From an uncultured Planctomycetaceae bacterium (GTDB taxonomy: Bacteria > Planctomycetota > Phycisphaerae > SM23-33), in contig CAZTVF010000009.1 in assembly GCA_964616985.1 (NCBI GenBank), positions 2,405 to 66,404 of the forward strand: a stretch of 64,000 nt of DNA, in the 5' to 3' direction. Both the position numbers and the translations under genes were made by a program. Position 1 is the first letter of the stretch; every line of letters begins with the position of its first letter. Shown here in pieces: positions 47,717 to 58,396 of the stretch. The notes beneath the pieces are model-generated. The model was not told where the DNA came from. It saw nothing but the letters and a program-made list of their open reading frames with translations, and ran no database searches.

Positions 47717-48358
47717 TCATTTCGGGATCAGGGCGGCGCTGCCCACGGCAGTTTCGGTGACGTCATTCTTATCCACGGTGAGCGTGTAGCTCACCAAGTC
47801 GGCCAGCGAGGGCGTCCCGGAATCCAGCGTGGTCGAAAACGCCGTCACCCCGCGGCACCACACGGTGGCGGGGAAGTTTGACGTGCCCCTCAGCGAGGCC
47901 GTCGTGGCGGCGAAGTCGGTGTCCAGCGGGTATTGCGCGTCGGAGGCTCCCGACAGGGCCGCCGGCGCCTTGAAGCAATACAGCACGCCAGCCACCGTGT
48001 TGCTCTCGATGCGGCATACGGTCGAGAGGTAAGGCGTGCTGCGGTCGTTGGGGTCCGCCAGCCAGAGCACCAGGTAGTTGCTGCCCTGGGCCAGCACCAT
48101 CTGCGACGAGCGGATGGCCGCCCCCAGTCGTCGCGTGGCCGCATCCTGCGAGACCACGGCGTTGCGGACGTCGGTCTGCTTGTACAGGCCGTAGGAGGCG
48201 CTGGACATGATCGTCGCCAGGCAGACGCCCAGGACCGACAAGATCGCCAGCGCGAGCACCAGCTCGACCAAGGTCAGCGCGCGGGCAGGACGGCCGCCGC
48301 GGGCGGCGGGGGCGTCATCGGGTTGTGTGTTGCGGTGAGGCATTCTCATTCCTGTCAT
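47717..48358 (-). CDS. Prepilin-type N-terminal cleavage/methylation protein (PilW/PulJ-like)
   Basis: RA|LTLVELVLALAIL; ATGA overlap with upstream pilin. Confidence 0.8.
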   Translation of the reverse strand: MTGMRMPHRNTQPDDAPAARGGRPARALTLVELVLALAILSVLGVCLATIMSSASYGLYKQTDVRNAVVSQDAATRRLGAAIRSSQMVLAQGSNYLVLWLADPNDRSTPYLSTVCRIESNTVAGVLYCFKAPAALSGASDAQYPLDTDFAATTASLRGTSNFPATVWCRGVTAFSTTLDSGTPSLADLVSYTLTVDKNDVTETAVGSAALIPK

Positions 48359-48831
48359 GGCGGCTCGGGGATGCAGGCGGTCACTTTCCACTGCGCCGCG
48401 TGCGAATCCCAGACCGTCACCGTCACGTTGAGGCAGCTGATCGTGCCCAGCCCCCCCAGCGTGGCCGTGCCGTACTGGGCCGAGACCACCCGGCCGAACG
48501 CCTGGAACTCGCTGGGATAAAGCGTGCCGGCTGGGTTTCTCAACTGCCCCGGCTGCTGTGTGAAGCCGTGATAATCGTCCATGTTGTTGATCACCCCGCC
48601 GTCGGGGCCGGGGGTCATGATCCCGTTGGGATCGTCGTACGGAAGGGCGTTGACGCGTTCCATCAGCTCGTTGGCGAGCATCATGGCCTGCTGCGTGTGC
48701 CGCAACTGCTGCATCTGTGACTGTGCCGACGTGACCGCGGTGGTCATGGCCATGACGCTGCAGGCCAGGATCGTGACCGCGACCAGGCATTCGATCAGCG
48801 TGAACGCAGATTGTGAACGTCGGATTCTCAT
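48355..48831 (-). CDS. Prepilin-type N-terminal cleavage/methylation protein (PilV-like)
   Basis: MRIRRSQSA|FTLIECLVAVTIL, AMMLANELMER, MDDYHG. Confidence 0.82.
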   Translation of the reverse strand: MRIRRSQSAFTLIECLVAVTILACSVMAMTTAVTSAQSQMQQLRHTQQAMMLANELMERVNALPYDDPNGIMTPGPDGGVINNMDDYHGFTQQPGQLRNPAGTLYPSEFQAFGRVVSAQYGTATLGGLGTISCLNVTVTVWDSHAAQWKVTACIPEPP

Positions 48832-49243
48832 GAGGAGGCTTCCTTGTGATTCATCGGTCAGCCGAGGGGGTGTGATTAGCAGCGCAAAGCCGTCGGTGTA
48901 GCAGCCTGCCGGGGTCCACCGGCTTGCAGCGGCAGCATGGCAACGCGTGCCGCCGGCGGTGCGCGCCTTATGCACCGCAGGCTCTCCGGCCGGAGTCATC
49001 ATGAACGCCTTCACGGCGAGGTTCTCGGCGAGGAAGATCCCTGCGATAGACCCTCGTTGCCCGGTGCTTCTGGGCCCACGCTGACGCCATTCCAAAGGTT
49101 GTTCGCCGATCCAGCGCCGCTGCGCCCGGGTGGGAATTCCCGGTGAATCGCAGATGTGCCGGGGCTACAATACTGCCTCTTCCGGCGAGATCGGGTCCGG
49201 GCAAGGTCTTGCCACCGCTATCGCCGGCCATATGGAGAGTCCG

Positions 49244-50449
49244 ATGAACGGACATGACCATCAGGCGTTGGTGAGGCTGGCAATGTCGGCTGTTCGTTCT
49301 GTCGAGCCGGCCGCCGCCGACGCGTTCGAAGGCCCGTGCCTCGAGACGTGCATGCTGCCCGACCAGGTTGCCATTCCGCTACTCGAAAACAAGAGCGGGC
49401 CTTGGCGGAAGTACTTCCCCCCCCGCCCGCTGAAGTTCAACTTCGAGCAGGATATGCGGGACCTGCACGCGCTGGCGCCCAGGAGCCGCTTCTACTTCGC
49501 CCAGATGCTGCGCCGCCTGCGGCAGGGACAGCTCGATGATGCGGGCCGTTTCCTCGGCGTCTACTCCCACTACATTGGCGACTTCGCCGAGCCCGCACAT
49601 TACTACGAGCTGCACATCGCCAACCTGGTCCCGCCGCCGCCCGACTATCGCAACTGCAACTATCACCGGATGATTGAGGATGTTTCGTCAACCGTCAGGC
49701 GGCCGCGCCGGCGCGCCCGGCTGCTGGCGACCTCGGCGCTCGAACTGGAATTCCGCCTGACGGCCCCGCTGGGCCGCCTGCACGCGCACGCGATGTCTGC
49801 CGTGATTCCGATGCTGCGGGCGATCTACCGGCGCGATCATGCCCGAGCTGCCAAGGTGTTCAACCCGGTGGTCGCCCAGGCGGCGGAGCTGTTCGGCGAC
49901 GTCTGCCTGAGCCTCTGGCGCATCGCGCGCGGCACCATCACCCCGCGGCAGGCCGCTGCGCTTGCCGACTGCCCGCTTCACGACATCCGCCCCAACGCCT
50001 TCGACGCCGAATTCAACTTCAGCCAGCGCCCGCTGGTCAACTGGATCACGCGGGAGACCTTCGGCCGCTCGGAACGGTTCCGTCTGAGGTATCGCGACGA
50101 CAAGACGCGTGTCGTCGATGGTGTCTGCGTCATTCCGCACGCGCTGCCCGGGCCGGGCATCTCGCTGTCGTCAATGATGGAGTACGACCTGCCCCGAGGC
50201 GCCTTCTCCAGATTTGAATCCGACTTCGGCCTGCTCGCGGGCGTCGATCGCCAGGCGAAGTGCCGTTTCGAGGTGATGCTCGACGGCCGCCGGGCATTTC
50301 TCAGCCCCTGGATCGCCCCCGGCGACCCGGCCGGCCGGGTTGAACTGGACGTTCGCGGCGTTCGCCGCTTGCGGCTGCACACGCCCACCGATGGCAGCAC
50401 CGATCGGCTCGCGTATCCGATCTGGGCCCAGCCCCGGCTGGTTCGATGA
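49244..50449 (+). CDS. Zn-dependent phospholipase C/P1 nuclease-like domain fused to an NPCBM/NEW2 domain
   Basis: GGAGAG RBS; N-terminal GHDH, LPD, HYIGDFAEPAH, HRMIED; C-terminal YDL..FSRFESDFG..FEVMLDG..VELDVRGVRRLRL..WAQPRL. Confidence 0.7.
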   Translation: MNGHDHQALVRLAMSAVRSVEPAAADAFEGPCLETCMLPDQVAIPLLENKSGPWRKYFPPRPLKFNFEQDMRDLHALAPRSRFYFAQMLRRLRQGQLDDAGRFLGVYSHYIGDFAEPAHYYELHIANLVPPPPDYRNCNYHRMIEDVSSTVRRPRRRARLLATSALELEFRLTAPLGRLHAHAMSAVIPMLRAIYRRDHARAAKVFNPVVAQAAELFGDVCLSLWRIARGTITPRQAAALADCPLHDIRPNAFDAEFNFSQRPLVNWITRETFGRSERFRLRYRDDKTRVVDGVCVIPHALPGPGISLSSMMEYDLPRGAFSRFESDFGLLAGVDRQAKCRFEVMLDGRRAFLSPWIAPGDPAGRVELDVRGVRRLRLHTPTDGSTDRLAYPIWAQPRLVR

Positions 50450-50558
50450 GCCGCCCCGGCTCCTGCGCATGGGTGTGGACTGTACCGCCCGCCTGCCTCC
50501 GCGTCCGAACCGCCGAGTCGCCCGGCGCAACGTGCGGACCCGGTGTAGCCAGATCCGC

Positions 50559-51917
50559 TCAGTTGGCCGAGTCGGCCTTGGCCGCCAACTTGTGCAGCCA
50601 TTCCTCGAGGTTCGTGTAACCGTTGCGGTTGTCGTCACCATTGGGGTTGGACGGCAGGGCCAGTTTGTGACTCGTCCCGGCACCCGCGGGATAGCCGCCG
50701 ACATCCTGCTGGCTGTCGATCACCTTACCGGCGCGTTTGCGGGCGTTCTCGATGATCCGGCTATCGATGGCGTCGCGGCAGGCGGGGAAGGCCCCGGCGT
50801 GTTTGAGCACGTGCTCGGCGGCATCCTTGGCCGGCATCGCGACGAGGCCCGCGGGCCAGAACGGCCTGTCCTTGAGGATCTTTGGCTTGCCGCCCACGAC
50901 CAACGCCGCTTTGCCCTCCCGGTCGAGGGCGATGTTGTCCTGGGAGTAGACTTCCCCCTTGTCGGCCGCCAGGCTGATCATGGGCATGCCGGCGGGCGTG
51001 TCGGGGCCCCACCACAGCACGTTGCCCACGGCCACCAGCGTCATGGGCTTCATTGTGTCGTTGGGGTCCCGGTATTCGTTGACCGTCCAGTAGCTATGGA
51101 TGGCCCGCTGGCCGGGATTGTAGATGAGGTTGTTGACGACGGCCACGGCAGCATCGGGCTTCAGGACTGGGTTGCGATTGTCGTTGCAGGCGTACAGGTT
51201 GCCGATGATCGACACATCCCGCGCGTGGTCGTGCACGAGCGTGCCCATCGAATGCTTGCCCTTGCCGTGCGAGGCGTTGCGAAGACCCTCGGCGACAATG
51301 CAGTTGCTGAACGTGATCTGGTGCGAGGTGTTGTCGCGGCCCTGATGCCGCTGGCCCGAGGCGGTGAGATTCTCGTCCACCGCCCAGGTGCAACTGCAGT
51401 GGTCGATGACGATGCGGCTGGCGCCGGGCGTGTTGGGTGGATTGGACGTTGAGATGCCGTCGGGCTCGAAGCCCGACTTCCTCGGCCGGTTGCCGTCGCC
51501 GGGACGCACGCGGATGTGCTGCATCAGCACGTCGTGCGTGCTGATCTTCAGCGACCCTCCGATGATCGTGATGCCCGGCGCCGGCGCGGTCTGCCCGGCG
51601 ATGGTCACGAACGGCTCGGTCAAACTCAATGAATTGCCGTCCAGGTCGATCGTGCCGCCCACGGCGAAGACGATGGTCCGCGGCCCCTTCTGGGCCAAGG
51701 CGGCCGCCAGCGAACCCTCGCCCGCGGCGGCCCGCGTGGTGACCTGGATCACCTTGCCCCCTCGTCCCGCCGGTGTCTCCACGCCGTAGCCCACCGCACC
51801 GGGGAACACAGGGATCTCCTTGGCCGCCGGCGCCTCGGCCCGCAGCGCGTCCGCAAGCAACAGCATCGCGCCAACGCACACAAACGCTCCAGCCAACGCA
51901 ACTCCACGATTGGACAT
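50559..51917 (-). CDS. Pectate lyase (PL1 family)
   Basis: FPGAVGYG..AGRGGKV, TIAGQTAP, IDHCSCTWAVDE, RNP, NGYTNLEEWL; AAGGAG RBS. Confidence 0.92.
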   Translation of the reverse strand: MSNRGVALAGAFVCVGAMLLLADALRAEAPAAKEIPVFPGAVGYGVETPAGRGGKVIQVTTRAAAGEGSLAAALAQKGPRTIVFAVGGTIDLDGNSLSLTEPFVTIAGQTAPAPGITIIGGSLKISTHDVLMQHIRVRPGDGNRPRKSGFEPDGISTSNPPNTPGASRIVIDHCSCTWAVDENLTASGQRHQGRDNTSHQITFSNCIVAEGLRNASHGKGKHSMGTLVHDHARDVSIIGNLYACNDNRNPVLKPDAAVAVVNNLIYNPGQRAIHSYWTVNEYRDPNDTMKPMTLVAVGNVLWWGPDTPAGMPMISLAADKGEVYSQDNIALDREGKAALVVGGKPKILKDRPFWPAGLVAMPAKDAAEHVLKHAGAFPACRDAIDSRIIENARKRAGKVIDSQQDVGGYPAGAGTSHKLALPSNPNGDDNRNGYTNLEEWLHKLAAKADSAN

Positions 51918-52152
51918 CTCGTCTCCTTTAATGATTCAACCAACAGCCGCAACCGGCGGGCCGCCCTTTGCGGGATCTGACTCTGGATCGTCTGGGCGGG
52001 GTTCATGCAGGTCCGAACACGCCGCGGTCGACAGGGTCATCTCCTCTGCATCATTTCCGATCAGCACCCACAGCGGACAGCGATCGAAGGCGAGGAGCGA
52101 TCCACAGAAGACGTCTCAGCGGACTGTGCATTCAGACCGTTTTGGAACATGT

Positions 52153-52181
52153 TTGTAGCGGGGCGCCCGAAAGACTAGAAT
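52153..52181 (+). promoter_or_regulatory. Putative sigma70 promoter TTGTAG-17-TAGAAT
   Basis: Canonical spacing upstream of the ABC exporter. Confidence 0.5.
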
Positions 52182-52261
52182 CACGATCGTCGCACCCCTA
52201 GGGGCTGCGTCAGGGACAGGGTTTGTCTCTAACCCAAGCCTTTACAGGGCGTGGAGGTCGT

Positions 52262-54058
52262 GTGTCGCAAAAGGCTGCGGGCAGGTTTTTGGTCCGTTAC
52301 CTGGCGTATGCCAAGCCTTACTGGCGGTATCTCCTGCTGATGGTGATCGCGGGCGTGGCTAAGTTCACGCTGCCGCTGATCCCGGCCAAGGTCTTCGGCA
52401 CCATCACCGACCAAGTCATCCTGAACAAATCTGCCCTGGCGGCCGCTTCCCAGGTGCACCTGCTGTGGCAGCTCGGGGCGGTGCTGGCGGGGGTGGCACT
52501 GCTGGAGACGCTGGCCATCTACGTTCGTGGCGTGATCACCTCCAACGTCGGGGCCTCGATGGCATTCGACATCCGCCAGGATCTCTGGCGGCACCTGACG
52601 GGCCTGAGCCTGTCCTTCCACCGCAGCCGGCCCACGGGTTCGCTCTTGAGCCGCCTCATGAGCGACATCAGTGTCTCGCAGCAGATGATCAACGGCGGCA
52701 TCGTGAACGTGATCATCGACGCCGCCAGCGGGCTGCTGGCCCTGGCGGTGCTGTTCTCCATCAGTTGGAAACTCACGCTGCTGGTGGTGGTGATCCTGCC
52801 GTTCTACGCGGCGCTGTACCGCAGGGTGAACCCTCGCATCCGCCAGGTGAGCGAGGACGTGCAGGAGCAGACGGCCGTGATGAGCGGCCTGGCCATCGAG
52901 CGTCTCAGCGGCATTGCCGTCGTGCAGAGCTTCGCCCAGGAGCGGGCCGAGGAGCGGATGTTCGCCGAGGAAGCAGGGGAACTCCGCGACCTCAACGTCC
53001 GCCGCGGCAAGCTGAACCAGGCGCTCAACTCGATCAGCGATTTCCTCGTCTCCATCGGCGTGGCCGTGGTGTGGGTGGCCGGGGCGTACCTGGCCATGCG
53101 CGGCGATGTTACCCCCGGGCAGGTCATCCAGTTCACCCTGACGATGGGGCTGCTGTACATGCCGCTGCGGCGGTTCAGCGAGATCAACATCATCTACCAG
53201 ACCTCCATGTCCGCCATCGACCGCATCTTCGCGATCTTCGACGTGGTGCCCGACGTGCAGGAGCGGTCGGGCGTGCCCGATCGCGTGCCCGGCATGGGCG
53301 GGATCGAATTCGACGGCGTGGGGTTCCGGTACGGCCAGGGGCCCCAGGTGCTCCGCGACGTGAAGTTCACCGTTGCCCCCGGTGAGCGGGTGGCCATCGT
53401 GGGCGAGAGCGGTGCGGGCAAGAGCACGCTGGTGACGCTGATCCCGCGGCTGTACGACGTGACCGACGGGGCCATCCGCATCGACGGCGTCGATGCACGC
53501 GACTACCCGCTGCGCAAGCTCAGGCGGGCCGTCGGCATCGTCTTGCAGGACACGATCCTGTTCTCCGGCACGGTGAGGGAGAACCTCCGCTACGGCCGAA
53601 AGAAGGCGACGGAGGAAGAGATTGTCGCCGCCGCCCGGGCCGCCAACGCCCACGATTTCATCCTCGCCCTGCCCTTGGGCTATGACACGGTCCTCGGCGA
53701 GCGCGGCCACAGCCTCTCCGGCGGCCAGCGGCAGAGGATCTCCCTGGCGCGGGCGATTCTCCAGAACCCCCGCATCCTGATCCTGGACGAGGCCACCAGC
53801 AGCTTGGACAGCGAGAGCGAGAATCTCATCCGCCAGGCGATGGAGCGGGTGATGGTGGGGCGGACGTGCGTGATCATCGCCCACCGGCTTTCCACCGTCA
53901 TCGGCGCCGACCGGATCCTGGTGTTCCGCGCCGGGCAGATGGTCGAGCAAGGCCCGCACGAGGCCCTCTTCGCCGCGGGCGGCTATTACCGCTACCTTTT
54001 TGAACAGCAGTTCGGCCCCCTGCAAGAGCTTCTGCACCAAAGCCGTCAACCCAATTGA
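52262..54058 (+). CDS. ABC transporter fused permease/ATP-binding protein (MsbA/Sav1866-like exporter)
   Basis: Six-TM domain; GESGAGKS, LSGGQRQR, ILDEATSSLD, AHRLST; GTG at 52262 follows GGAGG (the ORF extends to TTG 52223). Confidence 0.93.
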   Translation: MSQKAAGRFLVRYLAYAKPYWRYLLLMVIAGVAKFTLPLIPAKVFGTITDQVILNKSALAAASQVHLLWQLGAVLAGVALLETLAIYVRGVITSNVGASMAFDIRQDLWRHLTGLSLSFHRSRPTGSLLSRLMSDISVSQQMINGGIVNVIIDAASGLLALAVLFSISWKLTLLVVVILPFYAALYRRVNPRIRQVSEDVQEQTAVMSGLAIERLSGIAVVQSFAQERAEERMFAEEAGELRDLNVRRGKLNQALNSISDFLVSIGVAVVWVAGAYLAMRGDVTPGQVIQFTLTMGLLYMPLRRFSEINIIYQTSMSAIDRIFAIFDVVPDVQERSGVPDRVPGMGGIEFDGVGFRYGQGPQVLRDVKFTVAPGERVAIVGESGAGKSTLVTLIPRLYDVTDGAIRIDGVDARDYPLRKLRRAVGIVLQDTILFSGTVRENLRYGRKKATEEEIVAAARAANAHDFILALPLGYDTVLGERGHSLSGGQRQRISLARAILQNPRILILDEATSSLDSESENLIRQAMERVMVGRTCVIIAHRLSTVIGADRILVFRAGQMVEQGPHEALFAAGGYYRYLFEQQFGPLQELLHQSRQPN

Positions 54059-54413
54059 TATCGACGTAGTGACCGACATGAAAGCCTGGTGCGAGTTCCA
54101 TGCCGATGGCGGGCGGGAGTTGCAGGGACAGCAGCCGCTGCTGAGATTCGAAAAGCGTCTGCTTTGAGCGGTTCTCGACGGTGATCTCGGTGTCCAAGCC
54201 ACCGGGCATGGAGTTGCCTCCTGGAAGCATCGAAACTGCTGCTGCCGATCTTGCCGTCTTCTTTGTCCGCCGGCCAAGCCTGCTTCCCGCGGCATTCGGG
54301 GCCCCAGATCGAGACGACGGCATTGGTTCGCCGAAATGCACGGTCTCGCTGCCCTGGATTGCCCGGTTCATCTGCCGCTCCTTCTGAGGATCAGCGGCAC
54401 GCAAGCCGCTTGT

Positions 54414-55562
54414 TCACTTTCTGCACACGGTGTTCCGATCCGGCGGCCTTTGTCCCAGTCCCAGAATCTCATGGCGCAGCGTCAGGTACGCCAGGTAGTT
54501 CTCAAAGCTCACATCATGGGGGCAGTTGTGGTCGAGCGCGGGGATGTATCCCCCGCACTCAACGGCAGGTCGCACGCGCTCCAGTTCGGCAGCGATGGCC
54601 TTGTGGCCTTCGGTGAGACGATGCTTGTGGATGCCGCCCAACCAGATGGCCTTGCCGCCGAACCGATCCTGCAACTGGTTGATGTCCATGCCCGCCTGAA
54701 CTTCCAGCGGCCAGAACAGGTTCACTCCGCCCTCCAGCCAAAGCGGCAGCAGCGCGTCGAGATTGCCATCGGAGTCCACCGAGACCTGTCGATAGCCGTA
54801 CGAGGCCGCCAGGTCGGCAATCCGGCGGTATCGCGGCAAGGCGAAGCGGCGGAAGATGTCGGGGCTGACGATGGGACCATTCTTGAAGCAGATGTCTTCC
54901 CAGAAATGCAGGCACTCCACCGGTATGCCCAATTGACCGAAGTAGCGAACTTGCCTCTCGGCTGCGCGGCAGTAGGTCTCGAGGATGTCGTCGAACCAGT
55001 CTGGATCGTCGTAGGCGAGCATTGCGAAGGCCATGAAGCCCAGTTCGCACCGAGCGGCCCCCAGCAGCGAGCCGACGGTCACGCGCACCGGTACGGTCGC
55101 CTGGCGAGCCTGCTGAAGCATCTTGGCAACAACCGGATCGTCGGCGCTCTTGAGCGGCGAGTCCACGTCCAGCCATTCCTTGTGCCGGTCCCACTCCGCC
55201 CGCGTGGTCACCGCCGCACGAATCTCATGTGCGATGGTGCGCTGAGCACCCTTGCCCAACTGCTGAATCGCGCCTGTGCAGAATCGCTTGGTGACGGTGG
55301 AGGCTGTTTCCTCAAGCACCTCCTCCTGGCAGGGGGGTGGCAGCGAGCGCGAAGGCGGGGCGGAGATGCAAAGGTAGTAGCGGTCGAGTCCGAAGGCATC
55401 GCACCACTCGTCATACCGCGTAGGGTCAAGATGCGGGCTCAGGCCCTCCTGTCGCCATCGTTCAACCGTTGCCGACAGCGGGCCATGGTCCATGTTCGGA
55501 ACGGACGCTCCAGGATGGCGTTCGCAGAAGCGGATGTAATTGCATCGTGGGTTAGTCGTCAC
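54414..55562 (-). CDS. Uroporphyrinogen decarboxylase/corrinoid methyltransferase (URO-D/CIMS-like) family protein
   Basis: AAGGAGA plus GTG; WEDICFKNGPIVSP, DSDGN, WPLEVQAGMD, GGYIPALDH. Confidence 0.85.
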   Translation of the reverse strand: MTTNPRCNYIRFCERHPGASVPNMDHGPLSATVERWRQEGLSPHLDPTRYDEWCDAFGLDRYYLCISAPPSRSLPPPCQEEVLEETASTVTKRFCTGAIQQLGKGAQRTIAHEIRAAVTTRAEWDRHKEWLDVDSPLKSADDPVVAKMLQQARQATVPVRVTVGSLLGAARCELGFMAFAMLAYDDPDWFDDILETYCRAAERQVRYFGQLGIPVECLHFWEDICFKNGPIVSPDIFRRFALPRYRRIADLAASYGYRQVSVDSDGNLDALLPLWLEGGVNLFWPLEVQAGMDINQLQDRFGGKAIWLGGIHKHRLTEGHKAIAAELERVRPAVECGGYIPALDHNCPHDVSFENYLAYLTLRHEILGLGQRPPDRNTVCRK

Positions 55563-55701
55563 CAGTGCTCTCCTTGCGACCGGCTGGCTTGCCGGCACGC
55601 GTTCGTGATATCAAAGTCAAGGCCGCGAGCTTGCTCTTGTCAGGCGGTAACGGTCCAGAAGTATCTCCATCTGCGCAATCGCCTGATCGGTGCGGCACTG
55701 A

Positions 55702-57018
55702 TCATGGCTCTGGCGTGACAGTCAGCGTGTGCTTCAACGGCGACAGCAGCCCGCGGATGTTAGCGCGGGACTGGTCCAGGGAGGCGTCCATCTTCTTGCG
55801 GAGTCTGTCGATCATCGCGGCCGCGTCCGGGTCGTCGTACCAGGGCGTCGTTGGCGTCATGAGCTCCTGGACGTCGTCCAGCATGCGCTTGTATCGCGTC
55901 TCGAGCGTCTGCTTGGCGGTCACCGCCACGGCGGCCTTCTTGAAGGCTTCCGAGAAGGGGTTGCCGCCCACAAAGGCCTCGGCGAGGTTGATGCCGGACT
56001 GGAGTTCCTTGCGGGTGAAGACCTTGCTCGCAGTACCCCACGTGACCCTGGCGTTTTCGCTTTCCAGGTTCTTTACGGTCAGCGTGAAGCGGTTAAGCTC
56101 CTGGTTGAAAGGCACGAATGGCAGGATGCTGCGAGCGCTGTCTGGCGAGTTGGCGTCGCCCTCGAAGCAGAAGGGATAGCGGGCGCTCTCGATCTCGGCC
56201 TTGCCCTCTTGCGACGAGACGACCTTGTGGCCCCCCGCGGCGGAGGCGGGGCCTTTCATATCGATCATGATCGTACCGATGTTGCCGTCCACATCCATCG
56301 TCTTCAGCAGCGTGTAGGCGATCACGAGCGAGCCGCTGTAGCCAGGATGAATGCCGTCGCGACCGCAGATCGGGTAATCCTCTCCGATCGCCGCCTTGGA
56401 CTTGGCCATAGCGTCGAGCATGGCGCCGTTGACGTCGGCGAACGGCATCTCATTGGCTTGGGCGATCGTGCGGGCAAGGTCGCGCAGCTTCAAGATGCCG
56501 TCGTTGTAGACCTTGCGAACGGCAAAGCGGGGATCCATGGGGCAGGGCGAGCCGACGACGACGACGGCCCCCGCGTTCTTGAGGGTCTCGACGACGAAGC
56601 CCATGTGCGTGGAGTACTTCTCGCCGACTTGCGGCGTGAAGGGCGTGTAGCCACCGTCGGCCCCGCCCAGGCAGACGATGGCCACGTCGGGCTTGTAGGG
56701 GAGCAGGTGCAGCCTTTGCCTGCCGCGAAACGCCTGGACCGTGGCGCCGCTCCAGCCCATGTGACGGACTTGCAGGTCCAGTTCCGGCTGGCAGGCGGCG
56801 AGATAAAGCTCGATGAAGCCGCTGTAGACGCCGCCCTCCGTGATCGAATCTCCGGCGATGGCCACCCGGGCGCCTTTCTTGAGCACCGGCCCGGGCTTGG
56901 ATTCTGCGCCCGCCGCCGGCACGGACAAAGACCACGCCAGGCACGCCGCCAGCGAGGCTACAACAAGCCGACCGCCGAAGATGCGACTGCGCAAGCTCTT
57001 TCCATGGTCTCCGCTCAT
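55702..57018 (-). CDS. Secreted SGNH/GDSL hydrolase
   Basis: GDSIT, GWSG, LGGADG, DGIHP; signal peptide. Confidence 0.88.
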   Translation of the reverse strand: MSGDHGKSLRSRIFGGRLVVASLAACLAWSLSVPAAGAESKPGPVLKKGARVAIAGDSITEGGVYSGFIELYLAACQPELDLQVRHMGWSGATVQAFRGRQRLHLLPYKPDVAIVCLGGADGGYTPFTPQVGEKYSTHMGFVVETLKNAGAVVVVGSPCPMDPRFAVRKVYNDGILKLRDLARTIAQANEMPFADVNGAMLDAMAKSKAAIGEDYPICGRDGIHPGYSGSLVIAYTLLKTMDVDGNIGTIMIDMKGPASAAGGHKVVSSQEGKAEIESARYPFCFEGDANSPDSARSILPFVPFNQELNRFTLTVKNLESENARVTWGTASKVFTRKELQSGINLAEAFVGGNPFSEAFKKAAVAVTAKQTLETRYKRMLDDVQELMTPTTPWYDDPDAAAMIDRLRKKMDASLDQSRANIRGLLSPLKHTLTVTPEP

Positions 57019-57371
57019 GATCTACCATCCTTTGGCCTAAGTTTGCATCGTTTCCGTTGGATCACGCTTCACCTGTGCGTGGCCCGCCGTCAGCGAAGTT
57101 CACGATTGTACAGCGCAAGTCTCGGTCGCGCAATTCCCCGCCCCAAAAGATCGTCCCGGGATGATTCTGTCGGCTGCCCGGAAGTGTGGGGCCTCCGAAG
57201 CGTGGACGCGCCGGGGCGGCGTATTCGGTTCGTATTGAGCGGGAAGAGTGCATACTCGCGGCCGTTTCGGACCCGTTGGGGCCAGTGCACCTCGGGCGGC
57301 CATCGGTTATGCTGGCAGGCCGGGCGAGAGGCGGCGCATTGCCGCTGTACGCCGGCATAGAGGAACCAGCG

Positions 57372-58304
57372 ATGAAGATGGACGTATGCGAGCTTCGCGA
57401 GGCGATGCTGGCGGAACTGGCAATGCGGCGGGTCGACGGCCGCCAGGATAGCTACGCGGATCGGCCCGGCGAGGTCGAGAGCCTGTATGGACTCACCGGA
57501 GCCGTGCACGTCATGGCCGCAGTGTCGCGCCTGCCCGACCGCTCGATGCGCGACAGACTGGCGCGGCGCATCAACGAGCGATGGGCCGCGATGGAGGACG
57601 CGGCGGCTTCCAGCCACGCCTTGTGCATGGCCATCTCGGCGCTGCGGTTGTTAGGGGCCGATCTGGAGGCCAGCCCGCGGGCGCTGGCCCCCGTCGACGC
57701 GACGGCGCTGCCCGCGTGGCTCGATGGCTTGGACTGGTCGACCACGCACAAGGAACTCTATGGCAGCGTTGTCCCGCTGCTGGCCGGCGGGCGGCTGGAT
57801 CAGCGGTGGGTCCGCACGTTCGCTGATCGCGTCGGGGGGCGGCTCAACCCGGATAGGCCTCTGGAGACATGGTGCGCCGCCGACGCCCCCGCGTGGCGCG
57901 TGGTCAGCAGCGTCTACCACGTGCTGACGGTCTATGATGCCGGTCGCATCCCATATCCCCAGCCGCACATGCTGATGGACCGCTTGATGGGCCTGCGGTG
58001 GCACGAGGCGGCAGACGATGAGCCTCGCACCGCCTGCACCGACGCAGACCTAGCTTGGATGTTCCTGCATCTATGCGAGGTGATGCCCGAACGCATGCCG
58101 CAGGCCTTGGCCGTCATTCGTGCGCTGTCGCAGAAGCGGATCGCCGCCTGGCACAACGGCAGGGGGGCGATCCTCGCCGAGTCGACGCATCATCTCTACT
58201 GCTGCCTTTGGGGCACGGCCGTCTTCCAGGACTGCGTCCGCGACGACTACATAGGCCCTTACCTCCGCGATACCCTGAACGACCCGGGGCTGTTTGCGAT
58301 CTGA
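57372..58304 (+). CDS. Hypothetical protein (possible alpha/alpha-toroid, prenyltransferase-like)
   Basis: GAGGA RBS plus ATG; helical content; WLDGLDW, ACTDAD motifs; function unknown. Confidence 0.55.
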   Translation: MKMDVCELREAMLAELAMRRVDGRQDSYADRPGEVESLYGLTGAVHVMAAVSRLPDRSMRDRLARRINERWAAMEDAAASSHALCMAISALRLLGADLEASPRALAPVDATALPAWLDGLDWSTTHKELYGSVVPLLAGGRLDQRWVRTFADRVGGRLNPDRPLETWCAADAPAWRVVSSVYHVLTVYDAGRIPYPQPHMLMDRLMGLRWHEAADDEPRTACTDADLAWMFLHLCEVMPERMPQALAVIRALSQKRIAAWHNGRGAILAESTHHLYCCLWGTAVFQDCVRDDYIGPYLRDTLNDPGLFAI

Positions 58305-58396
58305 CGGCCACGTGCTCTCGAGGCTTTCTGGATAGCGTGACAGCAGTTGTGCATCCCGCCGCCCGCCGAGGGAGTGAATACTCGGCATTCGTGGGA

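Noticed and set aside
54059-54167. TusA/SirA-like fragment (VTDMKAWCE...GREL)
   Set aside because: Too short, with no CPxP motif; the similarity may be chance.
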